Shown: positions 20,560 to 31,821 of the stretch, in pieces
Layout: each line of letters begins with the position of its first letter
How positions within the stretch are numbered: position 1 is the stretch's first letter
Source: an uncultured delta proteobacterium
GTDB taxonomy: Bacteria; Myxococcota_A; Polyangia; Haliangiales; Haliangiaceae
Direction of reading: 5' to 3'
Assembly (NCBI GenBank): GCA_963848295.1
Contig: CAWKDB010000002.1
Span: 224,001 to 288,000 of the forward strand
DNA: 64,000 nucleotides
Position numbers and translations under genes: made by a program
The notes under the pieces: generated by a model
What the model was told of the DNA's origin: nothing
Database searches by the model: none
The model's input: the letters and a program-made list of their open reading frames with translations, nothing else

Positions 20560-22145
20560 TGCGCTGGCTCGCGGCGCTCGCGTGCTGTGCGGCGTGTAGC
20601 GACGCCTCGACCGCACCGATCACGTTCGGATCGATCGGCCCGCTGTCGGGCGACGCCGGCAAGGGCGGGTTCCGGTTCGGCGTCGCGACCGCCGCGACCC
20701 AGATCGAGGATATGAACCCGAACACCGACTGGTACGTGTGGACCGAGCCCACCGCGCAAGGCGGCCTCGGCAAGGACACGTTCGTCGGCGACGCGGTCGA
20801 CGGCTTCACCGACGACCTCGGCGATGTCGGCCTGATCGCCGACATGGGGCTCGACAGCTACCGGTTCTCGATCGAGTGGGCTCGGATCGAGCCGCAAAAA
20901 GGCGTGATCGACGAAGCCGCGATCGCGCACTACCGCGCCGAGCTGCAAGCGCTGCACGACATGGGCATCCGTCCGCTCGTCACCGTGCTGCACTTCTCGG
21001 TGCCGGTGTGGGTCGGCGATCCGCGCGCGATCAGCTGTCCCGACGGCCCGACCGACACGAACCTGTGCGGGTTCGGCTCGGCCGGCGGCCCGCAGATCAT
21101 CGCCGCCGCGGCCGCCCACGCGACGTTGCTCGCGCAGCGGTTCGGCGATCTCGTCGACGAATGGGGCACGGTCAACGAGCCGATCAATTACCTGATCGCG
21201 GCTTACGGCGCCGGCACGTTCCCACCGGGCAAGGGCCTGGTGTTCGATCTGCCGAGCCTGGTCGCGGTGCTGCGCGACTACCTCGCGATCCACGCCGCGA
21301 TCTACACCGCGATCAAAGCGAACGACACGATCGATGCCGACGGCGACGGTATCGCGGCGTCGGTCGGGTTCTCGATGTCGGTCGCGGACTGGGAGCCCGC
21401 GCGCGGCAACAAGCCGTCGACCGATCCGGACGATATCGCCGCGCGCGATCGCCTGGTCTACATCTTCCACTACCTGTGGGTCGACGCCGTGGTGCAAGGC
21501 GGGCTCGACACCGACTTCGACGGCACGATCGACGAACCGCACCCCGAGTGGAAGGGCACCGTCGATTGGCTCGGCTTGCAGTACTACCTGCGCGGTGGCG
21601 TCACGAGCGCGCCCGCCGCATTCCCGCCGCCGATCTCGTTGACGCCGTGCGTGCTCGGCTTCGATCTCGGCGCGTGCCTGCCGGCGCCGGATCCGACGTA
21701 TTGCGTCGGCCAGATGGGCTACGAGTTCTACCCGCCGGCGCTTCGCGACTTGCTCGGCGCGTTCGCGAAGCGCTACCCGGGGCTGCCGCTGGTCGTCACC
21801 GAGTCCGGCATCGCGAGCGATGTCGGCACGCGGCGCGCGGAGCAGATCGTGCGCACGCTCGAGGCGATCGCGGCGGCTCGCGACAGCGACGGCGTCGACG
21901 TCCGCGGGTTCTACGAGTGGAGCCTGACCGACAACTTCGAGTGGGCGCAGGGGTTCGCGCCGCATTTCGGGCTGTACTCGGTCGACGACACGACCTACGC
22001 GCGGACCGCGACCGAGGGGGCGACCGTCCTCGGCGCGATCGCGAGCTCGCGCACGGTGACGAAGGCCCAGCGCGCGCAGTACGGCGGCACCGGGCCGATG
22101 ACCGCGGACGCGGTGGCGACCGACCCATTCTGCGCCGCGCAGTGA
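20559..22145 (+). CDS. Glycoside hydrolase family 1, predicted lipoprotein
   Basis: FRFGVATAATQIE, YRFSIEWARIEP, TVNEP (acid/base), VTESG (nucleophile) and WSLTDNFEW; lipobox CAAC. Confidence 0.92.
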   Translation: MRWLAALACCAACSDASTAPITFGSIGPLSGDAGKGGFRFGVATAATQIEDMNPNTDWYVWTEPTAQGGLGKDTFVGDAVDGFTDDLGDVGLIADMGLDSYRFSIEWARIEPQKGVIDEAAIAHYRAELQALHDMGIRPLVTVLHFSVPVWVGDPRAISCPDGPTDTNLCGFGSAGGPQIIAAAAAHATLLAQRFGDLVDEWGTVNEPINYLIAAYGAGTFPPGKGLVFDLPSLVAVLRDYLAIHAAIYTAIKANDTIDADGDGIAASVGFSMSVADWEPARGNKPSTDPDDIAARDRLVYIFHYLWVDAVVQGGLDTDFDGTIDEPHPEWKGTVDWLGLQYYLRGGVTSAPAAFPPPISLTPCVLGFDLGACLPAPDPTYCVGQMGYEFYPPALRDLLGAFAKRYPGLPLVVTESGIASDVGTRRAEQIVRTLEAIAAARDSDGVDVRGFYEWSLTDNFEWAQGFAPHFGLYSVDDTTYARTATEGATVLGAIASSRTVTKAQRAQYGGTGPMTADAVATDPFCAAQ

Positions 22146-22168
22146 CCGCCGCATAGTACGATCGGATC

Positions 22169-23041
22169 GTGCGGGCCGCGTGTGTCGTCATCGTCGGGCT
22201 CGCCGCGTGTAACTTCACGTCGAACGCCGGGGGTGGCGGCGGCGGTGGCGGTGGGCCGGCGGACGCGCCTCGCGACACGAGCACGGTCGACAGCGATGGC
22301 GATGGCGTGCCGGACAACGTCGACAACTGTCCGCACCAGGCGAACCCGGATCAGCACGACGAGGATCGCGATGGGATCGGCGACGTCTGCGACCTGTGCC
22401 CGCAGGTCGCGGCGCCCCAGATCGACAGCGATGGCGACGGCATCGGCGACGATTGCGATCCGCACCCGATGGTGGCCGGCGACGTGCTCGTCACGTTCGA
22501 ACCGTTCGCGACGCCAGGCGGGATCCCGGCCGACGCGACGCTCGTGGTCGGCACCGCGAGCGACTGGACGGTCGCGAACGACGAGCTGTCGAACACCGGT
22601 CTCGATCTCACCGACGTGCTGTTATTCGATGCCGGCACGCCGAACCAGACGATCGACGCGGGCGTGACCGTCACCGGGATCGAGGCGTCCGCGACCTCGA
22701 CCATCGCGATCATGGCGGTCACCGATTCGGAGAGCACCGCCGACAACTTCTTCCTGTGCCTCGCGGAGACGAACAGTTTCCCGAACTACGCGCTGTACTA
22801 CGATGCCGGAGGCATCTTCACCGCGCTCGATTTCGACGACGTGACCACGGCGACGTTCCCGGGCGTGTTCCGGTTGCGGTCGCGGATCGACGCGAACGGC
22901 GAGTCGTGCGCGATCGCTGCCTCGCCTGCGCCGCAGGCGCTGACGTCCGTCTCGATCCCGGTCGGCAACACGTACGTCGGGCTCCGCTTGCGCGAGGTCG
23001 TCGTGTCGATCCAATACGTCGCGGTCTACAGCTCGCCTTAG
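22169..23041 (+). CDS. Thrombospondin type 3 repeat lipoprotein
   Basis: Lipobox LAAC, poly-Gly, and DSDGDGVPDNVDNCPHQANPDQHDEDRDGIGDVCD. Confidence 0.85.
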   Translation: MRAACVVIVGLAACNFTSNAGGGGGGGGGPADAPRDTSTVDSDGDGVPDNVDNCPHQANPDQHDEDRDGIGDVCDLCPQVAAPQIDSDGDGIGDDCDPHPMVAGDVLVTFEPFATPGGIPADATLVVGTASDWTVANDELSNTGLDLTDVLLFDAGTPNQTIDAGVTVTGIEASATSTIAIMAVTDSESTADNFFLCLAETNSFPNYALYYDAGGIFTALDFDDVTTATFPGVFRLRSRIDANGESCAIAASPAPQALTSVSIPVGNTYVGLRLREVVVSIQYVAVYSSP

Positions 23042-23823
23042 CGACGCGGCATCGCGGCGGAGAGCTGTTCGACCAGCGCGCGAAGCCCAGGCACGCCGGC
23101 GGTCGCGAGCCGATCGACGAGCGCCGAGCCGACGACGACGCCATCCGCAACTCGCGCGAACCGCGCGGCATCGGCCGCGGTGCTAATGCCGAAGCCGATC
23201 GCGACGGGCGCTCCGGCGGCGAGTCGGATCTGCGCGAGTCGCACCGGATCGACCGCGGCGGCCGCGCGCGCGCCGGTCACGCCGGTCATCGAGATGTAGT
23301 AGACGAACGGCGCCGTGAAGTCCGAGAGGCGGGCGATGCGTTCGGGCGTCGACGTCGGCGCGACGAGCGGCACGACGCCGACCCCGCGCGCGGCGAGCGG
23401 GTTCGCGAGCTCGGCGAGCTCGTCAATCGGCAGGTCGACGGTCAGCACCGCGTCGATGCCGGATGCCGCCGCGCGTTCGGCGAACGCCGCGACGCCGAGC
23501 GCGAAGATCGGGTTGTAGTAGCCGAACAAGACGATCGCGACGCCCTCGCCTCGCGCGCGCAGCTCGGCGACCGCAGCGAGCGCACCGGCCAACGTGCCAC
23601 CCGCGGCGAGCGCACGCTCCATCGCGGCCTGGATCGACGGGCCGTCCGCCGACGGATCGGAGAATGGCACACCGATCTCGATGACATCGGCGCCCGCTCG
23701 CGCCGCGGCGACGACCGCCTCGATCGACGTCTGCGGATCGGGGTCGCCGAACGTGAGGTACGCGACGAGCGCGGCGCGATGCTCGGTGGCGGCGCGCTCG
23801 AACGCCGCGCGCAAGCGGTTCAC
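23038..23823 (-). CDS. trpA: Tryptophan synthase alpha chain
   Basis: [33 protein letters not shown] and GFGI. Confidence 0.96.
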   Translation of the reverse strand: MNRLRAAFERAATEHRAALVAYLTFGDPDPQTSIEAVVAAARAGADVIEIGVPFSDPSADGPSIQAAMERALAAGGTLAGALAAVAELRARGEGVAIVLFGYYNPIFALGVAAFAERAAASGIDAVLTVDLPIDELAELANPLAARGVGVVPLVAPTSTPERIARLSDFTAPFVYYISMTGVTGARAAAAVDPVRLAQIRLAAGAPVAIGFGISTAADAARFARVADGVVVGSALVDRLATAGVPGLRALVEQLSAAMPRR

Positions 23824-25136
23824 GCGCCCCCTTGCTTCGCCGCGACCGTGGTCACCGCATCGATCGGCGCGCCAGCCCGCTTCGCCGCTATCGTCGTCAT
23901 GTCTTTATCGCCGCGGCCGGACAGCCCGACGATCACGACGCCGCCGTTGACCGCGCGCGCGACCTCCCCGAGCGCCGCGACTGCATGCGCGGTCTCGAGC
24001 GCGCAGATGATACCTTCGCTGCGCGCGAGGCGTTCGAGCGCCGCGAGCGCTTCGGCGTCGGTGCGCGCGATGTACGTGACCGCGCCAGTGTCCTTCCAAT
24101 GTGCGTGCTCGGGCCCGACGCCGGGATAGTCGAGGCCGGCGCTGATCGAGTGCGCGTGCGCGATCTGACCATCGGGAGTCTGCAACACGTAGCTCTTGCT
24201 GCCGTGGAGCACGCCGACCGCGCCAGCGCCGAGCGTCGCGGCGTGGCGCCCGGTCGCGATGCCGTCGCCCGCGGCCTCGACGCCGAAGCAGCGGACCTCG
24301 CCGATCATCGGCGCGAACAGCCCCGCCGCATTGGAGCCACCGCCGACGCACGCGACGAGCGCGGACGGCAACGCTCCGGTCGCGGCGATCACCTGCGCGC
24401 GCGCTTCGCGGCCGATCACCGACTGCAGATCGCGCACCAGCCATGGATACGGGTGTGGGCCGGCGACCGAGCCGATCAGGTAGAACGTGTCGCCGACGTT
24501 GGTCACCCAATCGCGCAGCGCCTCGTTCATCGCGTCCTTGAGCGTGCGCGTGCCGCTGTGCACCGCGTGTACCCTCGCGCCGAGCAGCCTCATGCGCTCG
24601 ACGTTGAGCGCCTGGCGCACGACATCTTCGGCGCCCATGTAGATCTCGCACGGCAAGCCGAACAGCGCGGCGACCGTCGCGGTGGCGACGCCGTGTTGAC
24701 CCGCGCCGGTCTCGGCGATCAGGCGGCGCTTGCCCATCCGGCGCGCGAGCACCGCCTGGCCGATGCAGTTGTTGATCTTGTGCGCGCCGGTGTGATTGAG
24801 ATCCTCGCGCTTGAGGTACACGTCGGCACCGACCTCGGCCGATAGCCGGCGCGCGCGATACAGCGGCGATGGCCGGCCCACGTAGTCGACGAGCAGCTGA
24901 TCGACCTCGCCCCAGAACCCAACATCCGCCCGTGCCGCTCGCCACGCGGCTTCGAGCTCGCCGATCGCCGGCATCAACGTCTCGGCGACGTATTGTCCGC
25001 CGTAAGGACCGAACCGGCCCTGTACCGGCTCGGGCAGCCGTACGATTTGCTCGACGGTCGGGGCTGGCCCCCGGCCGTCAGCGCCGCCGGATGGCGGTCC
25101 AGTTCTATCGGCGGTCGCCACGCCCGTGCGTACCAC
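23820..25136 (-). CDS. trpB: Tryptophan synthase beta chain; repeat copy in the N-terminal extension
   Basis: [39 protein letters not shown] and [15 protein letters not shown]. Confidence 0.96.
   Translation of the reverse strand: MVRTGVATADRTGPPSGGADGRGPAPTVEQIVRLPEPVQGRFGPYGGQYVAETLMPAIGELEAAWRAARADVGFWGEVDQLLVDYVGRPSPLYRARRLSAEVGADVYLKREDLNHTGAHKINNCIGQAVLARRMGKRRLIAETGAGQHGVATATVAALFGLPCEIYMGAEDVVRQALNVERMRLLGARVHAVHSGTRTLKDAMNEALRDWVTNVGDTFYLIGSVAGPHPYPWLVRDLQSVIGREARAQVIAATGALPSALVACVGGGSNAAGLFAPMIGEVRCFGVEAAGDGIATGRHAATLGAGAVGVLHGSKSYVLQTPDGQIAHAHSISAGLDYPGVGPEHAHWKDTGAVTYIARTDAEALAALERLARSEGIICALETAHAVAALGEVARAVNGGVVIVGLSGRGDKDMTTIAAKRAGAPIDAVTTVAAKQGGA
25050..25109 (+). repeat. Intragenic two-hairpin repeat, copy 3 (antisense within the trpB 5' end)
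   Basis: CTCGACGGTCGGGGCTGGCCCCCGGCCGTCAGCGCCGCCGGATGGCGGTCCAGTTCTATC, 49/60 identical to the minus-strand reading of 9811-9870. Confidence 0.85.
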
Positions 25137-25139
25137 GGC

Positions 25140-26417
25140 TCACGGGTCGCCCGGGCTGCCGAAGAAGCCGAGGTAAGCCTCGAGGACTTCGTCATGTTTG
25201 CCGACTGAAAAGACGTGTTGGGGCACCGACCAGCGATCGAAGCTCTCGACGTACACCCGGTCGCCGTCGACGATCGCGTGCGCGGTGAGTTGCATCGTGC
25301 CGGCGAACGGCGCGACCTCGCCCGCGGTCTCGCGATACGCGAGCTCGAACGGCAGCTCGATCGCGCCGCTCGCTCCTTCTGGTAACGCCGGCGCGCGGAG
25401 GCCGATCTCACCCTCGACGACGATCTCGCGCCCGCCGTCCAGCGCGATCGTGAGTCGCGCCTCGCCGCGCTCCTCGCCGCCGATCGCGCGCTCGGGGATC
25501 ACGGTGAACATCGCGCCGAATTGTTTGCGGTCAGCACCCGGACGTGTCTCGTTCACGTAGAGCGAGAACCAACGCCGGCGATCTAGATCGGACGGCAACC
25601 GGGCTCGGTCGTGCTCGACCGCCAACTCCGCGAGCGCCGGCCCTGGCTCGCCGGCGAGCACGCGCCGAGCCGCGACGAGCGTCGCGGCGTCGAACGCGCT
25701 GACGACCTCGAGCGGAAACCGCGAAGGGTCGGCGTGCAGGTTCCACAGCTGCGGCTCGCCTTGCCGTCCGACCACGGCGTCGATCCACGCCGGGGCCGAC
25801 GTGACGTCTCCCTCGCGCAGGTCTCCAGGCCGAAATCTGCCGCCCGATTCCTCGGTCGGCGCGCGTCCCGCGATCACGGTGAGCTCGCGGTCGGCCTTCA
25901 GCCGCACGTGGAGCACGCGGATGCCACCGTAGTCATCGTGCGGATCCGACGGTCGTACCGTGAGCTCCTCGATCGCCAGCTCGCGATAGAGTCCGTCGTA
26001 GACGATCGTGATCCCGCGTGGGATCCGGATCTGATACTTCGCAGCGATGTCGGCCCGGATCGCATCAGCGAGGGGTGCGACCGCGGAGTCGAATGCGGGC
26101 TGCTCGCCCGGATCGCGAATCAAACCTCCGAACCCGGTACCGAGCAGATGCACGCGCGCGCCAGGCTCGGTCGCGACCTCGTAGACTGCCTCGACGAGCT
26201 CGATGTGGTTGAAGAACGCGCGAAAGTGGTGAACGTACGGTCCGACGCTGACCACGCGGTAGTAGTTGCGGAGCTCGCGAAGCTGACCGTACTCGGCGTG
26301 TGGTGGCGGCGGCGGTGGCTCGGGCGCGACCGCGGGTGGCGGCACCGCGGGCGCGACTGGGGGCGGGCGGCCTGGCGCGGTACAACTCAGGACCACGAGG
26401 ATCAGAGCGCGTCTCAT
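25140..26417 (-). CDS. Hypothetical lipoprotein (425 aa) inside the trp operon
   Basis: MRRALILVVLSC lipobox-like start and a Pro-rich linker. Confidence 0.75.
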   Translation of the reverse strand: MRRALILVVLSCTAPGRPPPVAPAVPPPAVAPEPPPPPPHAEYGQLRELRNYYRVVSVGPYVHHFRAFFNHIELVEAVYEVATEPGARVHLLGTGFGGLIRDPGEQPAFDSAVAPLADAIRADIAAKYQIRIPRGITIVYDGLYRELAIEELTVRPSDPHDDYGGIRVLHVRLKADRELTVIAGRAPTEESGGRFRPGDLREGDVTSAPAWIDAVVGRQGEPQLWNLHADPSRFPLEVVSAFDAATLVAARRVLAGEPGPALAELAVEHDRARLPSDLDRRRWFSLYVNETRPGADRKQFGAMFTVIPERAIGGEERGEARLTIALDGGREIVVEGEIGLRAPALPEGASGAIELPFELAYRETAGEVAPFAGTMQLTAHAIVDGDRVYVESFDRWSVPQHVFSVGKHDEVLEAYLGFFGSPGDP

Positions 26418-26500
26418 GACTCCGCGATATCACGCGGTCGCGCGTGCATGGCGAGCAAACTCGCGGTGCGACCACCGACGCGAAGTCGCGTCTCATGAAG

Positions 26501-27136
26501 TCATTGGCCGCGAGCGGCTGTAACAAATGCGGCGAGCTTCGCCGGATCCTTGATCCCGGGTCCGGCCTCGACGCCGCTCGCGACATCGACGACCCACGGG
26601 TCGACCTGCGCGATCGCGGCGCCGACGTTGTTCGCATCGAGGCCGCCGGCGAGCACGATCTTGAGCGCGGGGAACTTGTGGCGCGCATCGGCGGCGAGCG
26701 CGTGATCGAAGCGAGCCCCTGCCCCGCCGCGGCTGGGCGTCGGCGCATCGAGCAGCACCGCTTCGACCGGCCAGGCCTCGAGGTGCTCGAGGTCGCGCGC
26801 GGACTTCACCGCGATCGCCTTCCACACCGGGCGATAGACCGCGGCCGAGACGCGCTTGCACGTCTCGGCATCCTCGTCACCGTGCAGCTGGATCACGTCG
26901 AGCTCGACGCGGCCGGTGATCGCGAGGATCTCGTCGACGTCCGCATCGACGAACACGCCGACGAGCTTCGCCGCACCCGACGCGCGGGCGACCGCCGCGA
27001 GCATCGGCGCGCGCTCCGGCGCGACATAGCGCTTCGACTTGTCCCAGAAGTTCAGGCCGATGAAGTCGACGCCCGCAGCCGCGACGCGGGCGGCATCGTC
27101 GGCGAGCGTGACGCCGCACACCTTGATCCGCGTCAT
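26501..27136 (-). CDS. trpF: Phosphoribosylanthranilate isomerase
   Basis: MTRIKVCG, IQLHGDE, LLDA, LAGGL and DVASGVE...KD. Confidence 0.94.
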   Translation of the reverse strand: MTRIKVCGVTLADDAARVAAAGVDFIGLNFWDKSKRYVAPERAPMLAAVARASGAAKLVGVFVDADVDEILAITGRVELDVIQLHGDEDAETCKRVSAAVYRPVWKAIAVKSARDLEHLEAWPVEAVLLDAPTPSRGGAGARFDHALAADARHKFPALKIVLAGGLDANNVGAAIAQVDPWVVDVASGVEAGPGIKDPAKLAAFVTAARGQ

Positions 27137-27930
27137 CGCAGCAGCTCCGCGAGCGCGACGCCAGGCGATGGTGCGCGCATCAAGTGCTCGCCGACCAGCA
27201 CGGCGTGCGCGCCGGCGTCGCCCATCCTGCGGACGTCGGCGCTCGTCTTGATCCCGCTCTCGGCGACGAGCACGACGCCCGCGGGCACGCGCTTCGCGAT
27301 CTGCTCGGTCAACGTCATGTCGATCGCGAGGGTGCGCAAGTCGCGATGGTTGACCCCGAGCAACGTCGCGCCCGCCTCGAGCGCGCGGTCGGCCTCCTCG
27401 ATCGTGTGCGCTTCGACGAGCGCCTCGACGCGACAGTTGCGCGTCGCCTGCAGCATCGTCGCGAGCTCGCCACCTGGCAACGCGGCGACGATCAGCAGCA
27501 CGGCATCGGCGCCGAACATCATGCCCTCGTAGACTTGCTCGGGATCGATCAGGAAGTCCTTGCGCAGGATCGGGATGCGGGTCGCGTGCTTGCACGGGCC
27601 GAGGAAGGCGATGTCGCCGGCGAAGAACTCGCGATCGGTCAGCACCGAGATCGCGGCGGCCCCTGCGGCTTCGTACTCGCGCGCGATCGCGACCGGATCG
27701 GCATCGCGGCGGATGTCGCCCGCCGACGGCGACGCGCGCTTGATCTCGGCGAGCACGCGCACGGGGGCCCCGCTCGGCCGGCGCAGCGCCGCGACGAGCG
27801 AGCGCTTCGGCTCCTTGATCAGCGTGCCCGCTTGCAGCGCCGCGATCACGCGATCGGTCGGCGCCACCGCGCGCAGGGCCGCGGCCTCGACGCGTTTGTT
27901 CGCGAGGATCGTGTCGAGGATCGAGCTCAT
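27133..27930 (-). CDS. trpC: Indole-3-glycerol phosphate synthase
   Basis: AEIKRASPSAG, ISVLTD, LRKDF, GVNHRDL and AESGI. Confidence 0.95.
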   Translation of the reverse strand: MSSILDTILANKRVEAAALRAVAPTDRVIAALQAGTLIKEPKRSLVAALRRPSGAPVRVLAEIKRASPSAGDIRRDADPVAIAREYEAAGAAAISVLTDREFFAGDIAFLGPCKHATRIPILRKDFLIDPEQVYEGMMFGADAVLLIVAALPGGELATMLQATRNCRVEALVEAHTIEEADRALEAGATLLGVNHRDLRTLAIDMTLTEQIAKRVPAGVVLVAESGIKTSADVRRMGDAGAHAVLVGEHLMRAPSPGVALAELLR

Positions 27931-28970
27931 GCGGTCGCCTCGCGCCAGCGGTCGAGCACGCGCAGCGCCGAGCCATCGCGCACCGCCGCGGCCACGCGCG
28001 CGTACTGGCGGTGGAGCTCGGCGAGATCGAGGGGACCGAGCTCGAGCAGCGCGAGCCCGAGCGCCGCGGTCATCGCCGCCGCGTTGAGCACCGCTTCGTT
28101 GCGCTCGCCCGAGCCGATCTCGCGGCCCCGCGAGCACGTCTTCGCAGATCTTGGCGTTGTGCGCCGCATCGCCACCTGCGAGCCCCGCGGGATCGACCTC
28201 GCGGATATCGAAGCTCGCGGGTGACAGCGTCACCGTGCAAGTCGCTCCGTCGTCAAAGATCACGACGTGCGTCGTCGCCGGCGCACCGCGATTTCATCGA
28301 GATTCCCGGCGCCGTGCACGACCGCCGCCCGGCGCACGCCGAGCGCTCCGAGCGCTGTCGCCATCGGCTCGCACCATGCGCGGTCGTAGACGCCGACGAC
28401 TTGATGGCCGACATGCGCTGGGTTCGTGAGCGGTCCGAGCAGGTTGAAGATCGTCCGCGTGCCGAGCTCCTTGCGCGGGCCGGCCGCATGACGCGTCGCC
28501 GCGTGAAACCGCGGCGCGAACATGAAGCCGATGCCGAGCGTATGCGAGCTGACGCTCGACGACCGCCGGCTCACGATCGATCGCGACGCCGAGCGCTTCG
28601 AGCACATCGGCCGAGCCACACTTGCTCGACTGCGCGCGGTTGCCGTGCTTCGCGACGGTGCCGCCGCACGCCGCGATCAGGATCGCCGCGAGCGTCGATA
28701 CGTTGATCGTGCCCACACCGTCGCCGCCAGTGCCACACGTGTCGATCGCGCGCGAGGCATCGAACGCGAGCGGCGTCGCGCGGGCTCGCATCGCGGTCGC
28801 GGCACCGACGAGCTCGTCGACGGTCTCGCCCTTCGCGCGCAACGCGACGAGCAAGCCGCCGATCTGCGCCGGCGTCGCCGCGCCATCCATGATTTCGCCG
28901 AACACCGCGGCCATCTCGTCGCGCGCCAGGTCGACGCGCGCGATCAACTTCGCGATCGCGCCGGCGATGT

Positions 28971-28974
<4 letters not shown>
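27927..28974 (-). CDS. trpD: Anthranilate phosphoribosyltransferase; several frameshifts
   Basis: [18 protein letters not shown]...[20 protein letters not shown] and VLNAA spread across frames. Confidence 0.9.
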
Positions 28975-29546
<572 letters not shown>

Positions 29547-29550
<4 letters not shown>

Positions 29551-31079
29551 GACGCCACCGGCCCGGCCGTGCGGGCCATCGCGACCGCGCGCAGCACCGC
29601 TCGCGCCTTGTTCACGGTCTCTTGGTACTCGGTTTCGGGCACCGAATCTGCGACCAATCCGGCGCCGGCTTGCACGTAGATCGTGCCGCCGGTCGCGACC
29701 AGCGTGCGAATCGCGATCGCGAAGTCGACGTTGCCGGTGTAGCTGACGTAGCCGACCGCGCCGCCATACAAGCCGCGGTGATGCGGCTCGAGCTCGTCGA
29801 TGATCTCCATCGCGCGGATCTTCGGCGCGCCCGACAGCGTGCCGGCGGGAAACGCGGCGCGCAGCACGTCGAGCCAGGTCTTGCCCGGCGCGAGCCGGCC
29901 GACGACGTGCGACGTCAGGTGCATCACGTGCGAAAACTTCTCGACGATCATCTGCTCGGCGACCTGGACCGAGCCGATCTCGGCGACTCGACCGACATCA
30001 TTGCGGCCGAGATCGATCAGCATCAAGTGCTCGGCGCGCTCCTTCGGATCGGCTAGGAGCTCGGCGGCGAGCCGGTCGTCGTCGCTCGCGGTCGCGCCGC
30101 GCGGCCTCGTGCCGGCGATCGGCCGGAGCTCGACCCGGTCGTCCGAAAGCCGGACGAGCGTCTCGGGCGATGCGCCGGTCACCCGCGCCTCGGGAAACTC
30201 GAGGTGGAACATGTAAGGCGACGGATTGATCACGCGCAGCGCGCGATAGACATCGAGCGGTCGCGCGCCTGCCTCGGGCATCGCGAACCGCTGCGACAGC
30301 ACGACCTGGAACACGTCGCCGGCGAGGATGTAGTCCTTCACGCGCTCGACCGCGGCGATGAACTGCTCGCGCGGGAACGCCGACTCCGGCAACACCTCGC
30401 CGACCGCGCCGCGCATCTCGAGCTCCGCCAGCGCCTGACGTGGGGCGCGCAGCCGCTCGATGATCGCCTCGATCCGGGCACACGCGCGGTCGTAGACCGG
30501 CTCGGCGCGCTCGGGCCGTCCGACGTACGGTGTCGCGACGATCTTCATCGTCTGGCGCAGGTTGTCGAAGATCAGCAGCGTGTCGGTGATGACCATGCAC
30601 AACGGCGGCACCGCGGCCGAATCCGCGTAGGGGCCTGGCTTGCGTCGCGCCGGGAGATCCTCGAATGCGCGCACGCAGTCGTATGCGATCCAGCCGACCG
30701 CGCCGCCCCAGAACCGCGGCAAGCCGGGCACATCGACCGGGTGGAGCTCGCCGAGCACCTCGGCGACCGCCGCGGCCGGATCGGCGCACGCCCACTCCGC
30801 CGAGCGCGGCGCGCCGCCGCCATCGACGTCGTACCAGATGACGCTCGCGGTCCCCGCGGCCCAACGCACGACCGCGCGCGGCGCGACCCCGACGAACGAG
30901 TACGCCGCCCACGTCGCACCGCCGACGACCGACTCGAGCAAGAAGCTGTGCTCGCCAGCGCCGAGCGCGGCGTACGCCGACACCGGCGTGTCCGAGTCGG
31001 CGAGCAGCTCGCGATAGACCGGGATCAAATTCCCGCGCGTTGCGGCGGCGGCGAACTCGGTCCGCGAGGGCGTGTACAC
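29547..31079 (-). CDS. trpE: Anthranilate synthase component I
   Basis: [41 protein letters not shown] and [14 protein letters not shown] start VYTPS. Confidence 0.95.
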
Positions 31080-31184
31080 GCGAGCGTTATACCCCGCCGG
31101 GCATCGCCGCGGGATCGTGCGCTCGCGCGGGCTGCACTCGCTCGAGCCGGCGTTTTGTAACTTGCAGCCCGCTCGGCGCATCTC

Positions 31185-31811
31185 ATGCTTGTCGTGATGG
31201 AGCCGTCGTTCGCGACGATCGCCGCCCGCCGCCGGATGCGGATCGCGTTCGGTTGGGCGCTGATTGCAGGGGCGCTCGCGATGGTCGCGAACGGTCTCCA
31301 CCACCGCGTGCACCACGCGACGATTCTAATCGCGGCGTGGGGACTCGCGGTGTTCGCAGTGCTCGTGGCCCACGCGTTTCCCAGCCGCCGCATGCCCGGA
31401 CTGGCGCGCAGCCTCGCCATCCCGATGATCGGGCTCGCGCTGACGCTGCCGCTCACCCTTCACCTCGGCTTCGCGACGCTGGTGGGCTGGGGGAACGGCT
31501 GGTTCGACGACTGGGTCGATATCAGCCTGGTGATCGTCGGCCCCGCCCATCTCGCGATCGCCGCGATGTGCGCGTGGCGCGCGCACGAGCTCGCGATGCC
31601 GCAGCGACTGCCGATGTCGACGTTCACGATCTACTGGACGACGATCGGCGTGTCGTGCGTCCCGTTCGGCTTCCTGTGGATGATCCCGCCCGGGCTCGTC
31701 GCGGTCACCGCCCTCGGCCTCGTGCCGTTCATCTCGGCGATGCAGCGGATCGCCGAGCGTGAGCGCGTCCCGGCCGGAGACCGCATGCCGCGCGCGGTCG
31801 CTTCGGTGTAA
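31185..31811 (+). CDS. Hypothetical multi-pass membrane protein
   Basis: About six hydrophobic segments. Confidence 0.75.
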   Translation: MLVVMEPSFATIAARRRMRIAFGWALIAGALAMVANGLHHRVHHATILIAAWGLAVFAVLVAHAFPSRRMPGLARSLAIPMIGLALTLPLTLHLGFATLVGWGNGWFDDWVDISLVIVGPAHLAIAAMCAWRAHELAMPQRLPMSTFTIYWTTIGVSCVPFGFLWMIPPGLVAVTALGLVPFISAMQRIAERERVPAGDRMPRAVASV

Positions 31812-31821
31812 GACTCCCGGC

